Assembly (NCBI GenBank): GCA_048939995.1 | Contig: JBHLOY010000012.1 | Coordinates: forward strand, 1 to 64,000 | From: Promethearchaeota archaeon | GTDB lineage: Archaea > Asgardarchaeota > Lokiarchaeia > Sigyniarchaeales > SOKP01 | Direction: 5' to 3' | DNA: 64,000 nt | In this document: one piece after another, positions 1 through 10,352 of the stretch | Numbering within the stretch: position 1 is the stretch's first letter | Layout of the letters: every line of letters begins with the position of its first letter | Notes under the pieces: generated by a model | Databases searched by the model: none | What the model was told of the DNA's origin: nothing | The model's input: only the letters and a program-made list of their open reading frames with translations | Position numbers and translations under genes: made by a program

Positions 1-152
1 AAATAATTATTTTATTCTACATTATTTCCTATTAAGATTATAATTAATGGTAAAATTTAAAATTTTTATGATATAGAGATCATTATAAAATTATAATTTA
101 ACTAGGTTCATATAAGTTATTCAAAAAAAATCTTTATGATTCATAAAGGTCC

Positions 153-923
153 ATGAGTATGACAGATAAAAAGAAAGAAAAAGATCAGAAGGAACACTCG
201 ACTCAATCTGATAACAAGGTCAAAGAAAAGAGTTCAGAGGCTGAAGGCCCAAATACAATTGAAAAATCAGATACCAAACTTATTGAGGGTGTGGAACCGC
301 GAAAATTAGAGTACTTTTCCAAAGAAGAATTAGTAGAAAAACTTAAAATATTAGAATCAGATGTTAAAAAAAAGGAAGAATCACTTAATCAATCTCAAAC
401 ACAAGCGAATGACTGGAAAAACAAATATATGAGACTCCAAGCAGAATTCGAAAATGCTCAAAAAAGATGGGAGAAAAATCGTCAAAATTTAAACATTCAA
501 TATACCGCGTCAACACTAAAAAGCTTTTTACCTTTATATGACTCTTTTAAAAAAGCACTTGAGGGGAATAATCCTCATAAAGATATATTAAAAGGCTTTT
601 ATGACCAGTTTATGAATATTTTGAAGTTTTATAAGGCAGAACCGATAAAAGTAAAAGTGGGTGATCCCTTTGATTATAGCTATCATGACGCTGTGAGTAC
701 CATTGAGAAAAATGATGTCACGAGTAATACAATTATAGATATTGTTCAAGATGGATGGAAATTAGACAAAGAGGTAATTCGATATGCTAAGGTAGTAATT
801 GCTCGCGAACCTAAGCCTCCCGAACCTCAACCTGAGCCAGAAGAAAAAGAGAATATTGAACCAGAAAAAGAGAATGTAATTGATAAAGAAGAAGCTGTTT
901 CTAAAGAGAACTCAAACAATTAA
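153..923 (+). CDS. grpE: nucleotide exchange factor GrpE
   Basis: Coiled coil, 'RLQAEFENAQKR', 'GDPFDYSYHDAV', 'QDGWKLDKEVIRYAKVV' GrpE motifs; acidic/Pro-rich tails. Confidence 0.93.
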   Translation: MSMTDKKKEKDQKEHSTQSDNKVKEKSSEAEGPNTIEKSDTKLIEGVEPRKLEYFSKEELVEKLKILESDVKKKEESLNQSQTQANDWKNKYMRLQAEFENAQKRWEKNRQNLNIQYTASTLKSFLPLYDSFKKALEGNNPHKDILKGFYDQFMNILKFYKAEPIKVKVGDPFDYSYHDAVSTIEKNDVTSNTIIDIVQDGWKLDKEVIRYAKVVIAREPKPPEPQPEPEEKENIEPEKENVIDKEEAVSKENSNN

Positions 924-1014
924 ATCACATTTTTTTCTGTGCAAATGTTTTTATATTAAATAGCCTTTTTTAACAAGTATTATCTTTTATAAATAGTTTG
1001 AGGGATGAAATAAT

Positions 1015-1305
1015 ATGAAAAAACCTATTTTATTTTATCTAGTTTGGATTGTTGGTATCATAGTACTTGCCTTTTTTACTATCTGGATGGTTTTTTACAT
1101 TTTCCCCATAGAGCCTTGGCTAACTTCTACGGCACATGCTGATCCATCGATTGATGCCTTAGGGCTCTTCTTACTCCTCTTAAAGCATCTTTTTCTAAAT
1201 ATATTTATTTATTTGATATTAATATTTTCCATTACTTTTCTGATCTTATATAAAATCGCAAGAAAAAAAAAAATAATAAAAAACCCTCTAATTGAATGGG
1301 TCTAA
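1015..1305 (+). CDS. small membrane protein (2 TM), unknown function
   Basis: Two hydrophobic stretches, basic C-terminus, purine-rich upstream sequence. Confidence 0.65.
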   Translation: MKKPILFYLVWIVGIIVLAFFTIWMVFYIFPIEPWLTSTAHADPSIDALGLFLLLLKHLFLNIFIYLILIFSITFLILYKIARKKKIIKNPLIEWV

Positions 1306-1476
1306 ACTTCTTCTCTAAAGTAATTTAGCTTTAAAGGATGAACCTCTAGATTATAAAAATTTTGCCTGTTTTTTTGTAGTTTTTAATCTTCCTCTATAAT
1401 CTTCTTATTACATATAATAAAAATCTATTTTTAGGTATACTTCTTCGATTAGAATATATAAATTTAAGGTGAAAAA

Positions 1477-2334
1477 ATGAATTCTATTAAAAAAGTGAAA
1501 TTAGCTTTAAGAAGCCGTCCTACTATGGAAGGAGCGGGAGTAAGGCTAAAGCGGGCATTCGGATATGCAGACCCTTCTTTAGACCCCTTTTTACTTTTAG
1601 ACGACTTTCATTCTGATGATCCTAACGATTATATAGCCGGATTTCCTTGGCATCCACATCGTGGAATCGAAACCATTACTTATATGCTTCATGGAAAAAT
1701 TGAACACGGGGATAGTCTAGGAAATGGAGGAGTTATTGAAGCGGGGGATGTTCAATGGATGACAGCTGGTTCAGGAATCATACATCAAGAGATGCCAAAA
1801 AAAGATAATAAAAATTCACTTTTATGGGGATTCCAACTTTGGGCAAATTTGCCCGCTTCACACAAAATGATGGATCCACGGTATAGAGAGATTAAAAAAA
1901 ATCAAATTCCCGAAATTGAAGTAACTAAAGGTGTAAAAATTAAAGTATTAAGTGGAGAGATCAATGGTACAAAAGGACCTGTTCAAGATATAGTTACTGA
2001 ACCAGAATATTTAGACGTCCAAATAGACTCAAATTCAGAATTTAGACATACGATTAAAAAAGGACATAATGTGATTGCTTATGTAATAGAAGGAGAAGCT
2101 TATTTTGATGATTATAATGAAAAATTGGTTGGAATTGAAAATCTTATCATTTATGGAGACGGTGATGAGGTTTTAATTAGAGCTGTCGATAAAAATGTTC
2201 GATTCCTATTAATTTCTGGAAAACCATTGAGCGAACCAGTAGCTTGGCGCGGCCCTATTGTTATGAATACCGATGAAGAGTTAAGAATAGCATTTCAAGA
2301 ATATAATAACGGGACTTTTATTAAACACAAATAA
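1477..2334 (+). CDS. pirin family protein
   Basis: 'DPFLLLD', 'GFPWHPHRGIETITY', 'QWMTAGSGIIHQE', 'GPIVMNT' pirin signatures. Confidence 0.95.
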   Translation: MNSIKKVKLALRSRPTMEGAGVRLKRAFGYADPSLDPFLLLDDFHSDDPNDYIAGFPWHPHRGIETITYMLHGKIEHGDSLGNGGVIEAGDVQWMTAGSGIIHQEMPKKDNKNSLLWGFQLWANLPASHKMMDPRYREIKKNQIPEIEVTKGVKIKVLSGEINGTKGPVQDIVTEPEYLDVQIDSNSEFRHTIKKGHNVIAYVIEGEAYFDDYNEKLVGIENLIIYGDGDEVLIRAVDKNVRFLLISGKPLSEPVAWRGPIVMNTDEELRIAFQEYNNGTFIKHK

Positions 2335-2372
2335 AAAAAATACAAATTGATATTTAGAATTGCTTTACTAAA

Positions 2373-3044
2373 TTAACTAAAAAATAATAGCCATCCTCCA
2401 ATAAGGATTTCAAATAGAATCGCAGATAATCCTGCAATTGACGACAGAATTTCATAGATTTTAGAATTAGGTTTCGCAAGTTTTATCCCATTAAAGGAGC
2501 CAATGAAGATGCTAGTAACAATTCCTAACCATCCAATATATAGAGGTACAACTCCATAGATAACTAATACTATAGAGAATGCGAGTGTGCCTATTGACCA
2601 TGAGATCATTGCAATTGCAAATCTGAAGCTTTTTGTTTGAAGAATTATTCGAAATGAATCAATGAACGATTTTTTTTCCGTACCAATAGTATATGAGTAT
2701 CTTTTTGCTATATTGAGGAGTCTCCAGTAATCTTTTTCACTATAGACTTGGATTGAGCCTTCTATTATTCGGAAGATTATTAAAATTATTCCAAGTATTA
2801 TGTTATAAGGACTAAAAACAATAAATAAAGTTATAGCGAGCGTAATGACGCTACAGTGTTCTATTACCGCCAATACAACGCTTAATTGAAACTTTTTTGG
2901 ATAATTGTTGAATTTTATCAACTTAGCATCTGATTCATAATGCTTCGGCGTTGGTTCTAATATATAACCAAATGCTGCCATTGCAATTTGTAAAACCAAG
3001 ATAAAGAGAAAGAGAAAACCAGATAATCTTGTCAAGATAATCAT
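2373..3044 (-). CDS. DUF4386-like multi-pass membrane protein
   Basis: About 6 TM helices, 'VPxxIGWLG' and C-terminal '[10 protein letters not shown]'; 4-nt overlap with upstream oxidoreductase. Confidence 0.7.
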   Translation of the reverse strand: MIILTRLSGFLFLFILVLQIAMAAFGYILEPTPKHYESDAKLIKFNNYPKKFQLSVVLAVIEHCSVITLAITLFIVFSPYNIILGIILIIFRIIEGSIQVYSEKDYWRLLNIAKRYSYTIGTEKKSFIDSFRIILQTKSFRFAIAMISWSIGTLAFSIVLVIYGVVPLYIGWLGIVTSIFIGSFNGIKLAKPNSKIYEILSSIAGLSAILFEILIGGWLLFFS

Positions 3045-3991
3045 CGAGAATCCTCCAATTTATTCTTCATTTTTTGAATAGTTATGACTACATTTCCTCT
3101 TTTATGTCCTGTTTCAACATACCTGTGAGCCTCGATAATTTCTTCCCAGGAATAATGTCGATCTATAGCCGATTTTAAATTACCCGCCTCAATTAAATCC
3201 TTAATAAAGATTAAATACTCAGTCTTTAATTTGCTTGGGGAATCCTTAATAACATTAAGATAGATCCCTCCCTTCTTTAGAACCTTTTTACCATGTGAAG
3301 GTGAAAGTTTAGCTACTGCATCAAAAATAACGTCATAAATCTCGCTCTTTTGGGTAAAATCATCTTTAGTATAATCTATTACTTTATCTGCTCCGAGAGA
3401 TTTCACCAATCCTAAATTTGTGGTACTACAAACTCCGGTCACTTCAGCTCCGAAGTACTTAGCAATCTGCACTCCAAAGGTGCCTACACTTCCAGAAGCT
3501 CCATAGATAAGTACTTTTTGATCCTTCTGTATATGTGCCTTTCTAAGTACAGTCAATGCTGTAATTCCTCCAGAAGCAAAACCAGCTGCGGCTTCCTCAA
3601 TACTTATATTGGTTGGCTTTAGTGCCAGTATTCTATCTTCAGGTAAGCTTTTGTACTCAGCATAAGCACCAAACTTCATCTCTGTAGATCCAAAAACCTG
3701 ATCACCTTTCTTAAACCGCTTAACATCCTTTCCTATTGACTCGACTTCTCCAGCAAGCTCCATCCCTAAAATAGGTCTTTTTGGTTTTTTAATCCCCATC
3801 ATTATATGCAACATAAAAGTTTGAAATTTGGAGGTTGGGTGTTTGCCTCTTCGCATTATTACATCCCCAATTGTTACTGATGTTGCATGAACTTTTATAA
3901 GGACTTCATTATCCTTAGGAGTTGGTTTTACAACCTCCTTGAACTGAAGAACTTCTGGAGGTCCGTAATTTGTATATACAATTGCTTTCAT
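3041..3991 (-). CDS. NAD(P)-dependent medium-chain dehydrogenase/quinone-reductase-like protein
   Basis: 'MKAIV..YGPPEVL', 'GMELAGEV', 'YGASGSVGT', 'GHKRGNVVI'. Confidence 0.92.
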   Translation of the reverse strand: MKAIVYTNYGPPEVLQFKEVVKPTPKDNEVLIKVHATSVTIGDVIMRRGKHPTSKFQTFMLHIMMGIKKPKRPILGMELAGEVESIGKDVKRFKKGDQVFGSTEMKFGAYAEYKSLPEDRILALKPTNISIEEAAAGFASGGITALTVLRKAHIQKDQKVLIYGASGSVGTFGVQIAKYFGAEVTGVCSTTNLGLVKSLGADKVIDYTKDDFTQKSEIYDVIFDAVAKLSPSHGKKVLKKGGIYLNVIKDSPSKLKTEYLIFIKDLIEAGNLKSAIDRHYSWEEIIEAHRYVETGHKRGNVVITIQKMKNKLEDSR

Positions 3992-4203
3992 TTTTTTCCT
4001 TTCTATTTTTTCACGTATGAATACACTTTATCTTTACAAACTAATAAATATTTAAAAAAGAAATCTTTCTTAGTTTATCTTAAATGCATATACTTGAAAA
4101 GAACAGAGAGATTAATGAATTCTTATTAACTTAATCTTGGAATTTAATTAACTTTTTATTTGGTAATATAATAATTCTATTACCAAAAAGATAAAAAGTT
4201 ACT

Positions 4204-5025
4204 ATGTCCACTTGTAAATATTGTGGAAATGAGATTGGTAAACTTCCTTTTAAATGTAGATATTGTGGAAATAATTTTTGCTCTGATCACAGATTACCCG
4301 AAAATCATGAATGTAAATTTGATTTTAAGGGTTCCTCAATTGATAAAATCTTAAAACCTAAAGTTAGGAAACAAATTAATGGAACACTATTATTATTTTT
4401 GGTTATTACTGTACTTTCAATCCTTACTTTATTTATTCCACAATACTTATGTGCTATTGGCTTCTATACACCCATTTATTATCCAATTTTAACTATTTTT
4501 ACTTCACTTTTCATTTACGGAATGATAAATCCAATTGATTTAATTTACTTATTCCTACTTCTCATCTTATCCTATTCCATAATAAGAGGATTCGAGTTAA
4601 AATGTGGATTTAAAAGACTTCTCTTACTTTATATTCGATTAAGCTTTTATATCTGGTTAATTAATTTAATGTTCTTAATATTTTATTTTGGTAACATTAT
4701 ATTCTATGGGATGCCAATTGGTTTTGCTTCTGGAACAATAATAGCAATTATCTCGTCCAGTATGGCTCTTGATCCTGATTTTGAGAGAAAATCGCCATTA
4801 TTGATGAAGAAAACCAATATTAGAATAAAGAATTCTACAATAGTAGCCATTCTAATAGTGGTTCACTTATTATTAAAAGGCTTAGCAGTTTATTTTTCTG
4901 AAAGACCTTCATTTTTCTTCATATATAACTTATCATACTTTATGATTGGTTATTTTGTACTAGATTTTGTTGGATTCGTGTTATCTTGGATCTACTTTAC
5001 TAGGAACTATTCAAAATTTCAATGA
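4204..5025 (+). CDS. AN1-type zinc finger fused to rhomboid-like membrane domain
   Basis: N-terminal '[28 protein letters not shown]' is an AN1 finger; about 6 TM helices with 'GFASG'. Confidence 0.75.
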   Translation: MSTCKYCGNEIGKLPFKCRYCGNNFCSDHRLPENHECKFDFKGSSIDKILKPKVRKQINGTLLLFLVITVLSILTLFIPQYLCAIGFYTPIYYPILTIFTSLFIYGMINPIDLIYLFLLLILSYSIIRGFELKCGFKRLLLLYIRLSFYIWLINLMFLIFYFGNIIFYGMPIGFASGTIIAIISSSMALDPDFERKSPLLMKKTNIRIKNSTIVAILIVVHLLLKGLAVYFSERPSFFFIYNLSYFMIGYFVLDFVGFVLSWIYFTRNYSKFQ

Positions 5026-5114
5026 CCTCTTCAGATTGTTATATTTCAAAACCTAAAAAATTAATAGGATTACTTAATTAAAACTAAATAGTAATAAAGT
5101 TAAGGTATTATTAA

Positions 5115-5363
5115 ATGTCGGAAGAGCCTCAATTCCCAGATATCCCAGATTTAGGAGAGATTGATAGAAAAGATAGATTCATCCAAAAGAAGACATCAGT
5201 TATTAAATGTAGCCAATGCAAGGCAAAAAGGGAACGTCCTTTCAAGGTAGGGGATTATACTTTTAAAAAGCTTAATGATGAAGAATGTGAAAAATGTCAT
5301 AGCACTATGTCCAGTATAGAAGAGATCTATGCAGAATGGGTGGATCCTAAAAAATCTAAATAA
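5115..5363 (+). CDS. small zinc-ribbon protein
   Basis: CSQC and CEKC pairs, 'RPFKVGDY'. Confidence 0.75.
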   Translation: MSEEPQFPDIPDLGEIDRKDRFIQKKTSVIKCSQCKAKRERPFKVGDYTFKKLNDEECEKCHSTMSSIEEIYAEWVDPKKSK

Positions 5364-5452
5364 TAATAATTCTATAATAAAATAATTAAATTCTTTTTAT
5401 AGAGTAGTTCCTTTATCTTATTTAATTTAAATTCTATAAAAAGTGAATTTTT

Positions 5453-6559
5453 TTGACAAAAAAAGAAGATAGATATATAATAGATAATTTTCATGCAAAA
5501 TCCTTAGAGAATAATCCACTAAATAGTCCTGTGGATCGAGATATCAATATATATTTACCTCCAGATTATTATGAAGATACTGATGTCAAATATCCTGTGA
5601 TTTACTTTTTACATGGATATTCTAGTAATAATTGGAGTTGGACAACCAACTTCAAGGATTCAAAAGATATTGCCTTTGACTTTAATGCTGCGCCACCTAA
5701 GATTTTAGAGAAATTGGACATTGATCGATTATTAACTTTTGAGAAGCTAGACGAGTTGATTCAAAATGGTGAATTACGATCATTTATTTATATTCAGCCT
5801 GATGGAAGCCTAGAGATTCCAAATATATTCAAACGGAGAGATTTAAGAGGTAAAGTAATGACTAAGGGAAGTTTTTATGTGAATTCTCCCTATACTGGAA
5901 ATTATATGGATTACATTATAAATGACCTACTAAATTTTGTGGATTCTAAATACCGAACGATTCCAGATAAATACCACAGAGCATTGATGGGTGGTTCGAT
6001 GGGCGGTTATGGTGCTTTATATTTAGGCTTACACCATCCTGACAAATTTAATGCGATATCTTCATTAAGCCCTGCAAATGCTGGTAATCTTGATAGGCTA
6101 GATTGGGAATTAAGAATTCCAGTTTACACAGAACTTTTTGGTGAAAAAATGTCTGCTCAAACAGGTGATTTCGCTTGGAAAGATATTATGGATACATATG
6201 ACCTTATTTTTTCTAATGATAATAAATTAATCCCTTCTATTAAAAGAGATGAAAACGGAGATATCATAGATTATAATAAAAAGGCAATTGAAAATTGGCA
6301 ACAACATAATCTTATCAATTTATTAGAAAAATATCCTGATTCTTTAAAGAAAGTTCATTTACAATTAAACTGTGAAAGAACTGATGAGTTTGGACTAGCT
6401 GATGCAGCTATTCAACTTCATGAAAAGTTATTAGAACTTAAAATTGAGCACGATTATGAGTTGTATGCTGATCCAAAAGCAGCTCTTACTCCCCATATAT
6501 TAGGAATTGGATATCATATCTTACCGGGAATTAAATTTTGCTTACAATTTATAGAATAG
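5453..6559 (+). CDS. alpha/beta-hydrolase, putative esterase
   Basis: 'IYLPPDY', 'YPVIYFLHG', nucleophile motif GGSMGG; TTG start. Confidence 0.88.
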   Translation: MTKKEDRYIIDNFHAKSLENNPLNSPVDRDINIYLPPDYYEDTDVKYPVIYFLHGYSSNNWSWTTNFKDSKDIAFDFNAAPPKILEKLDIDRLLTFEKLDELIQNGELRSFIYIQPDGSLEIPNIFKRRDLRGKVMTKGSFYVNSPYTGNYMDYIINDLLNFVDSKYRTIPDKYHRALMGGSMGGYGALYLGLHHPDKFNAISSLSPANAGNLDRLDWELRIPVYTELFGEKMSAQTGDFAWKDIMDTYDLIFSNDNKLIPSIKRDENGDIIDYNKKAIENWQQHNLINLLEKYPDSLKKVHLQLNCERTDEFGLADAAIQLHEKLLELKIEHDYELYADPKAALTPHILGIGYHILPGIKFCLQFIE

Positions 6560-6584
6560 ATCGCATTAAAATAGGTTTTAATAG

Positions 6585-7538
6585 ATGATCCAGGTAGAAT
6601 CAAAGAAACTAAGTTCAGAAGATTGTCAAATAATTGCCAGTATCGTTATTTCAGCAAGAAAAGGCACTCCACTAGAATTAGACAAGACTATTGATGAGCT
6701 AGCAGTAAATATTGAAGATCTGTCTAAAAATGTAGATTATCAGATCTTTATAGCACGAAATGAAAAAATGATCATTGTCGGATGGATTTACTATTATGTT
6801 GGTATTGCTCCTATGGCTTTCATTAACGGGTTTCTTCCAATTGTAGATCAGTCAAGTGAATCCGAAAAGATAGGTTTATCACTAATTAATGCATCAAAAC
6901 GAAATGTTGTTGAGCGGGGATACAGTAGATTGGAGATTCAAAATGATTTACCCTCAGATGCGCATAGAAAAATGTCAGGGGATCTTCTTAATTGGTATAA
7001 AAAATGTGGTTTTAAATTTGCTGCCGAAGAGATGCATATGAAAACAAATCTTGGTAAAATTAAGCTTCCAGAATACAATATACCAAATGGTTATACTCTT
7101 AGAAAATTTTCTGAAGTTTCTTATGAACAACTAGAAGATGTAGGATTTCAAGTACTTCAGAATAGCGGTGATGAATTATTTATTTCTATGAGTCAAGCAG
7201 AACAAAAAGTTTCTATAGAATATTTCTTTGATAAATCTCGTAATTTTATTGAGGATGGATCGCTTATTTTAGAGAAGCAAGGTAAGGTTGTTGGTTTCAT
7301 TATAACTCGAGTGAATGGCGAAGAAGCAGATATTGGACCATTTGGACTTATTCCAGAGGTTAGAGGGCAAGGACTTGGTAAATACTTACTTGGGTTTGCT
7401 TTAAACAATATGATAGAGAATGGATTTGTATCAGTATGCCTTGATGTGTCTACATCCAATCTTTCCGCGAAGAGACTATATAACAGTTATGGTTTTGAAA
7501 ATATGTATTATAAGCGATTCTATTACTGGTCACCTTAA
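6585..7538 (+). CDS. tandem GNAT acetyltransferase
   Basis: 'RGQGLGKYL' acetyl-CoA motif, 'N..A.RLY..YGF'; two GNAT-like halves. Confidence 0.85.
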   Translation: MIQVESKKLSSEDCQIIASIVISARKGTPLELDKTIDELAVNIEDLSKNVDYQIFIARNEKMIIVGWIYYYVGIAPMAFINGFLPIVDQSSESEKIGLSLINASKRNVVERGYSRLEIQNDLPSDAHRKMSGDLLNWYKKCGFKFAAEEMHMKTNLGKIKLPEYNIPNGYTLRKFSEVSYEQLEDVGFQVLQNSGDELFISMSQAEQKVSIEYFFDKSRNFIEDGSLILEKQGKVVGFIITRVNGEEADIGPFGLIPEVRGQGLGKYLLGFALNNMIENGFVSVCLDVSTSNLSAKRLYNSYGFENMYYKRFYYWSP

Positions 7539-7606
7539 ATTGAAATTTCCATTGGATTAACCGAGTTTATAGAATTGGTTAAATAAAAGTATCAATTTTA
7601 ATATCT

Positions 7607-8128
7607 ATGTTAATTGGAAAAAATATAAACTTAAGACTCATAGAAAAAACAGATTTACCTCTTATTAAAGAATGGATAAATGAAAGTAATATTGATGGAG
7701 ATTTTGAGCCAATAACCCAATTTAGTTTAAGGGATCTTGAGAAAGATTATGAAGGTAATACAAAAGGTCAATGGTTCTTTCTAGAGAAAAAAGATAAGAC
7801 CAAAATAGGGTATATTGCTCACTTTCTTTCAAAATCAAGTATAGCAATTGGTTATGCATTATTACCAAATGAGAGATCCAAAGGTTATGGGTCCGAAGCC
7901 GTTCAAATGATAGTAGATTATTTATTTCTCTCAAAAGATATAGTGCGAGTTCAAGCAGAAACACATCCTGAAAATTTAGCATCTCAGAGAATCTTAATTA
8001 AAGCAGGTTTTCAAAAGGAAGGAATTATACGCAAAAGTTTCTTCAGTAGGGGAGTATGGCGCGATACAGCCTTATATAGTGTCTTGAAGGAAGAATGGAA
8101 AGAACCCAAAATAATAACAAAGATTTAG
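7607..8128 (+). CDS. RimJ/RimL-family GNAT acetyltransferase
   Basis: 'IGYALLPNERSKGYGSEA', 'ENLASQRILIKAGFQKEGIIR'. Confidence 0.9.
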   Translation: MLIGKNINLRLIEKTDLPLIKEWINESNIDGDFEPITQFSLRDLEKDYEGNTKGQWFFLEKKDKTKIGYIAHFLSKSSIAIGYALLPNERSKGYGSEAVQMIVDYLFLSKDIVRVQAETHPENLASQRILIKAGFQKEGIIRKSFFSRGVWRDTALYSVLKEEWKEPKIITKI

Positions 8129-8190
8129 ATTCCTTCTAATCTCCAATAATTGCTTTTTTTAAATCATTTAAACTGTAATTATAATTTTTT

Positions 8191-8209
8191 TGCGCAAATG
8201 TTAAATATT
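8191..8209 (+). promoter_or_regulatory. putative BRE/TATA promoter of the 8368 gene
   Basis: TGCGCAAATG-TTAAATATT; near-identical to TGCGAAAATA-TTAAATATT at 57781. Confidence 0.6.
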
Positions 8210-8237
8210 AATTTGGTCTAAATTAACTTTGATCATT

Positions 8238-8317
8238 TTTGATCAGAGATCTATAGATGGCGATTGATATATATAATTAAACTTAACAGGATAGATCAGG
8301 ATAGATCATCGATCAAA
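8238..8317. promoter_or_regulatory. two palindromic GATC-N3-GATC sites (8238-8254, 8301-8317)
   Basis: tttgatc-aga-gatctat and atagatc-atc-gatcaaa; same motif pair recurs at 57828 and 57908. Confidence 0.65.
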
Positions 8318-8367
8318 GTGTTGATCATTTTCGACAATAAATAGAATTAGAAATTGAGGTAAAAAAA

Positions 8368-9150
8368 ATGAAAAAATCTTCAAAATTAATAATGTTGGCG
8401 GCACTAGGAATTCTTATTTTTAGCTTCATACCTGTAGTTGCAGCAAAAGAAGTGAATCAAAGACCATTAGATGATTGGTTAGATCCAAATTATGACGTTT
8501 TTTCATGGGGTGCAGATAATTGGGCTTTTGCAGATTTTGTTAGTCCCTATTCAATGCTTGTATGTAAGATGGGATTACCTTGGCCTAAAGCTGGTTTACC
8601 TTGGGCACCAGGGATTAAATACGACCTTGTTTATGAAAATGGTTTAGTAGAAGGAGCCACTATAATCGAGGGGAGTATAAAAGAAAGAAAGTATGACGAT
8701 GGAAGAGCTTTAATAACGTTAATGTTAGATGTTAAAAATGCTCCTTTAACGGTATATAATTACATTGAATTTATTGGTTATTGCTTTAATAATACAGATT
8801 GGTGGCCAGATGAAGGAATACCCCCTTCGGCAATACTAGGGGAAGGGATTGATGGATATATTAATTACAAAGTGATATGTAAATTCTTTATCTCTGCACC
8901 TGGAGATCCTTTACCGATCATATGGGACATCTGGTATGACTATATCTCCTGTAATATTATAGGTACAGGCTATGGAATTTTAACTGAACACGCTGCTGCT
9001 TACGGATTTACCCCTGGAGAATTAGGTATGGTAAAAGTTCATCAAATTTGTCTTTTTAAACCAGATTTTAAAGAAACCCACCCTAAATATGATCCATTTT
9101 ATGGAGATTTGTGGCCTGTTGAGACAGTAGAAATTCATGAAATCGGCTAA
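8368..9150 (+). CDS. secreted protein of unknown function
   Basis: Basic N-terminus, hydrophobic core and 'VAA' cleavage-like site; GAGGT SD; Trp/Pro/Gly-rich mature part. Confidence 0.8.
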   Translation: MKKSSKLIMLAALGILIFSFIPVVAAKEVNQRPLDDWLDPNYDVFSWGADNWAFADFVSPYSMLVCKMGLPWPKAGLPWAPGIKYDLVYENGLVEGATIIEGSIKERKYDDGRALITLMLDVKNAPLTVYNYIEFIGYCFNNTDWWPDEGIPPSAILGEGIDGYINYKVICKFFISAPGDPLPIIWDIWYDYISCNIIGTGYGILTEHAAAYGFTPGELGMVKVHQICLFKPDFKETHPKYDPFYGDLWPVETVEIHEIG

Positions 9151-9202
9151 ATGTTGACGGTATAAAGAATATTATCAATTGAGATTATGGATCTTTAAGT
9201 TT

Positions 9203-9296
9203 ATATATAGAAGGCGGAGGAAAAAGTTTAGATAATTGGCTTCTCGAATGACCACACCTAAACTAATATTCCCCCAATCTATATATTTTTTTTTTC
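9203..9296 (+). terminator. long imperfect hairpin followed by a poly-T tract
   Basis: ATATATAGA(9203-9211)/TCTATATAT(9278-9286) and AGTTTAG(9225-9231)/CTAAACT(9258-9264), then a T run. Confidence 0.45.
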
Positions 9297-9352
9297 TTTA
9301 ATAAATTTTTAGAAATAATCTCCCTAAAGGAAATAGCTAAAAAAAGTTTAAA

Positions 9353-10345
9353 TTAATCGATTCCAAGTAGCTTTATTATTAGATTTGCCATAGAATATGG
9401 ATCTAAGCTTTTATCCATAACTAAATTAATATATTTCTCAATTTCAGAATTAGAAGAAAGTAACTTTTCTACTTTCTTTGTCAATTTATGTTTTAAAATT
9501 TGCAGGGTTTCATTCTTTATCCGATTTTTAGTATAACTTTCGATTATTCCTGTATCGTTTAAAAAAAGTTTGTGTTGATTAATCATTTCAAGAAATTCAT
9601 TGAAACCTTCGCCTGTTTTTGAATTTACTTTAACAATTTGGGGAGTCCATCGTCTTATCTTTGAATACTCTTTAAATAAATCTTGATCATCATATTTAAA
9701 GCTGGATTCTAGTTCGAGCATTTGTGAAATCTCGGCTACTTTTCGATCTGCTCCTGGAAGATCCATTTTATTCACTACAAAAATATCAGTAATTTCCATT
9801 ATCCCTGCCTTAATAGCCTGAATATCATCCCCTACTTCTGGTTGGAGCAATACAGCTACAGTTTGAGCAGATTTGAATATATCTACTTCAGATTGACCTA
9901 CTCCTACAGTCTCCACTATCACTACATCAGATCCATAAACATCTAAGATTTTAATTGCATCTTCTGTTGCTCGTGCCAATCCTCCTAATTGACCTCTATT
10001 TGCCATGCTTCTAATGAAAACATTATCTAGATTAAAGTGCTCTTTCATTCTGATGCGATCTCCGAGTATAGAGCCTCCTGTGAGCGGCGAGGTCGGATCA
10101 ACACAAATAATTCCAATCCTCTTTCCTTGTTCAACAAAGATCTTAGTTAAAGTTGAAATAAATGTAGATTTCCCGCTTCCTGGTGATCCAGTTACCCCTA
10201 GTATGTAAGCATTTCCAGTATATTTGTATATAGAGTTAATTATTTCTTCAGCAGCCATGATGTTATTTTCTACAATCGTAATTAAGCGTGCTGCAGCCCT
10301 CGAGTCTCTATTGAGAAGTTTCTCAATTAAAGTTGAATAGCTCAT
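9353..10345 (-). CDS. meaB: MeaB/ArgK G-protein chaperone of B12 mutases
   Basis: 'GVTGSPGSGKST', 'DPTSPLTGGSILGDRIRM', 'ETVGVGQSE', 'NKMD'; adjacent to mutase genes. Confidence 0.95.
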   Translation of the reverse strand: MSYSTLIEKLLNRDSRAAARLITIVENNIMAAEEIINSIYKYTGNAYILGVTGSPGSGKSTFISTLTKIFVEQGKRIGIICVDPTSPLTGGSILGDRIRMKEHFNLDNVFIRSMANRGQLGGLARATEDAIKILDVYGSDVVIVETVGVGQSEVDIFKSAQTVAVLLQPEVGDDIQAIKAGIMEITDIFVVNKMDLPGADRKVAEISQMLELESSFKYDDQDLFKEYSKIRRWTPQIVKVNSKTGEGFNEFLEMINQHKLFLNDTGIIESYTKNRIKNETLQILKHKLTKKVEKLLSSNSEIEKYINLVMDKSLDPYSMANLIIKLLGID

Positions 10346-10352
10346 CTACAAT

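Noticed and set aside
8287-8308. CAGGATAGAT tandem repeat as CRISPR or satellite
   Set aside because: Only two copies with no spacers; explained by the GATC-site cluster
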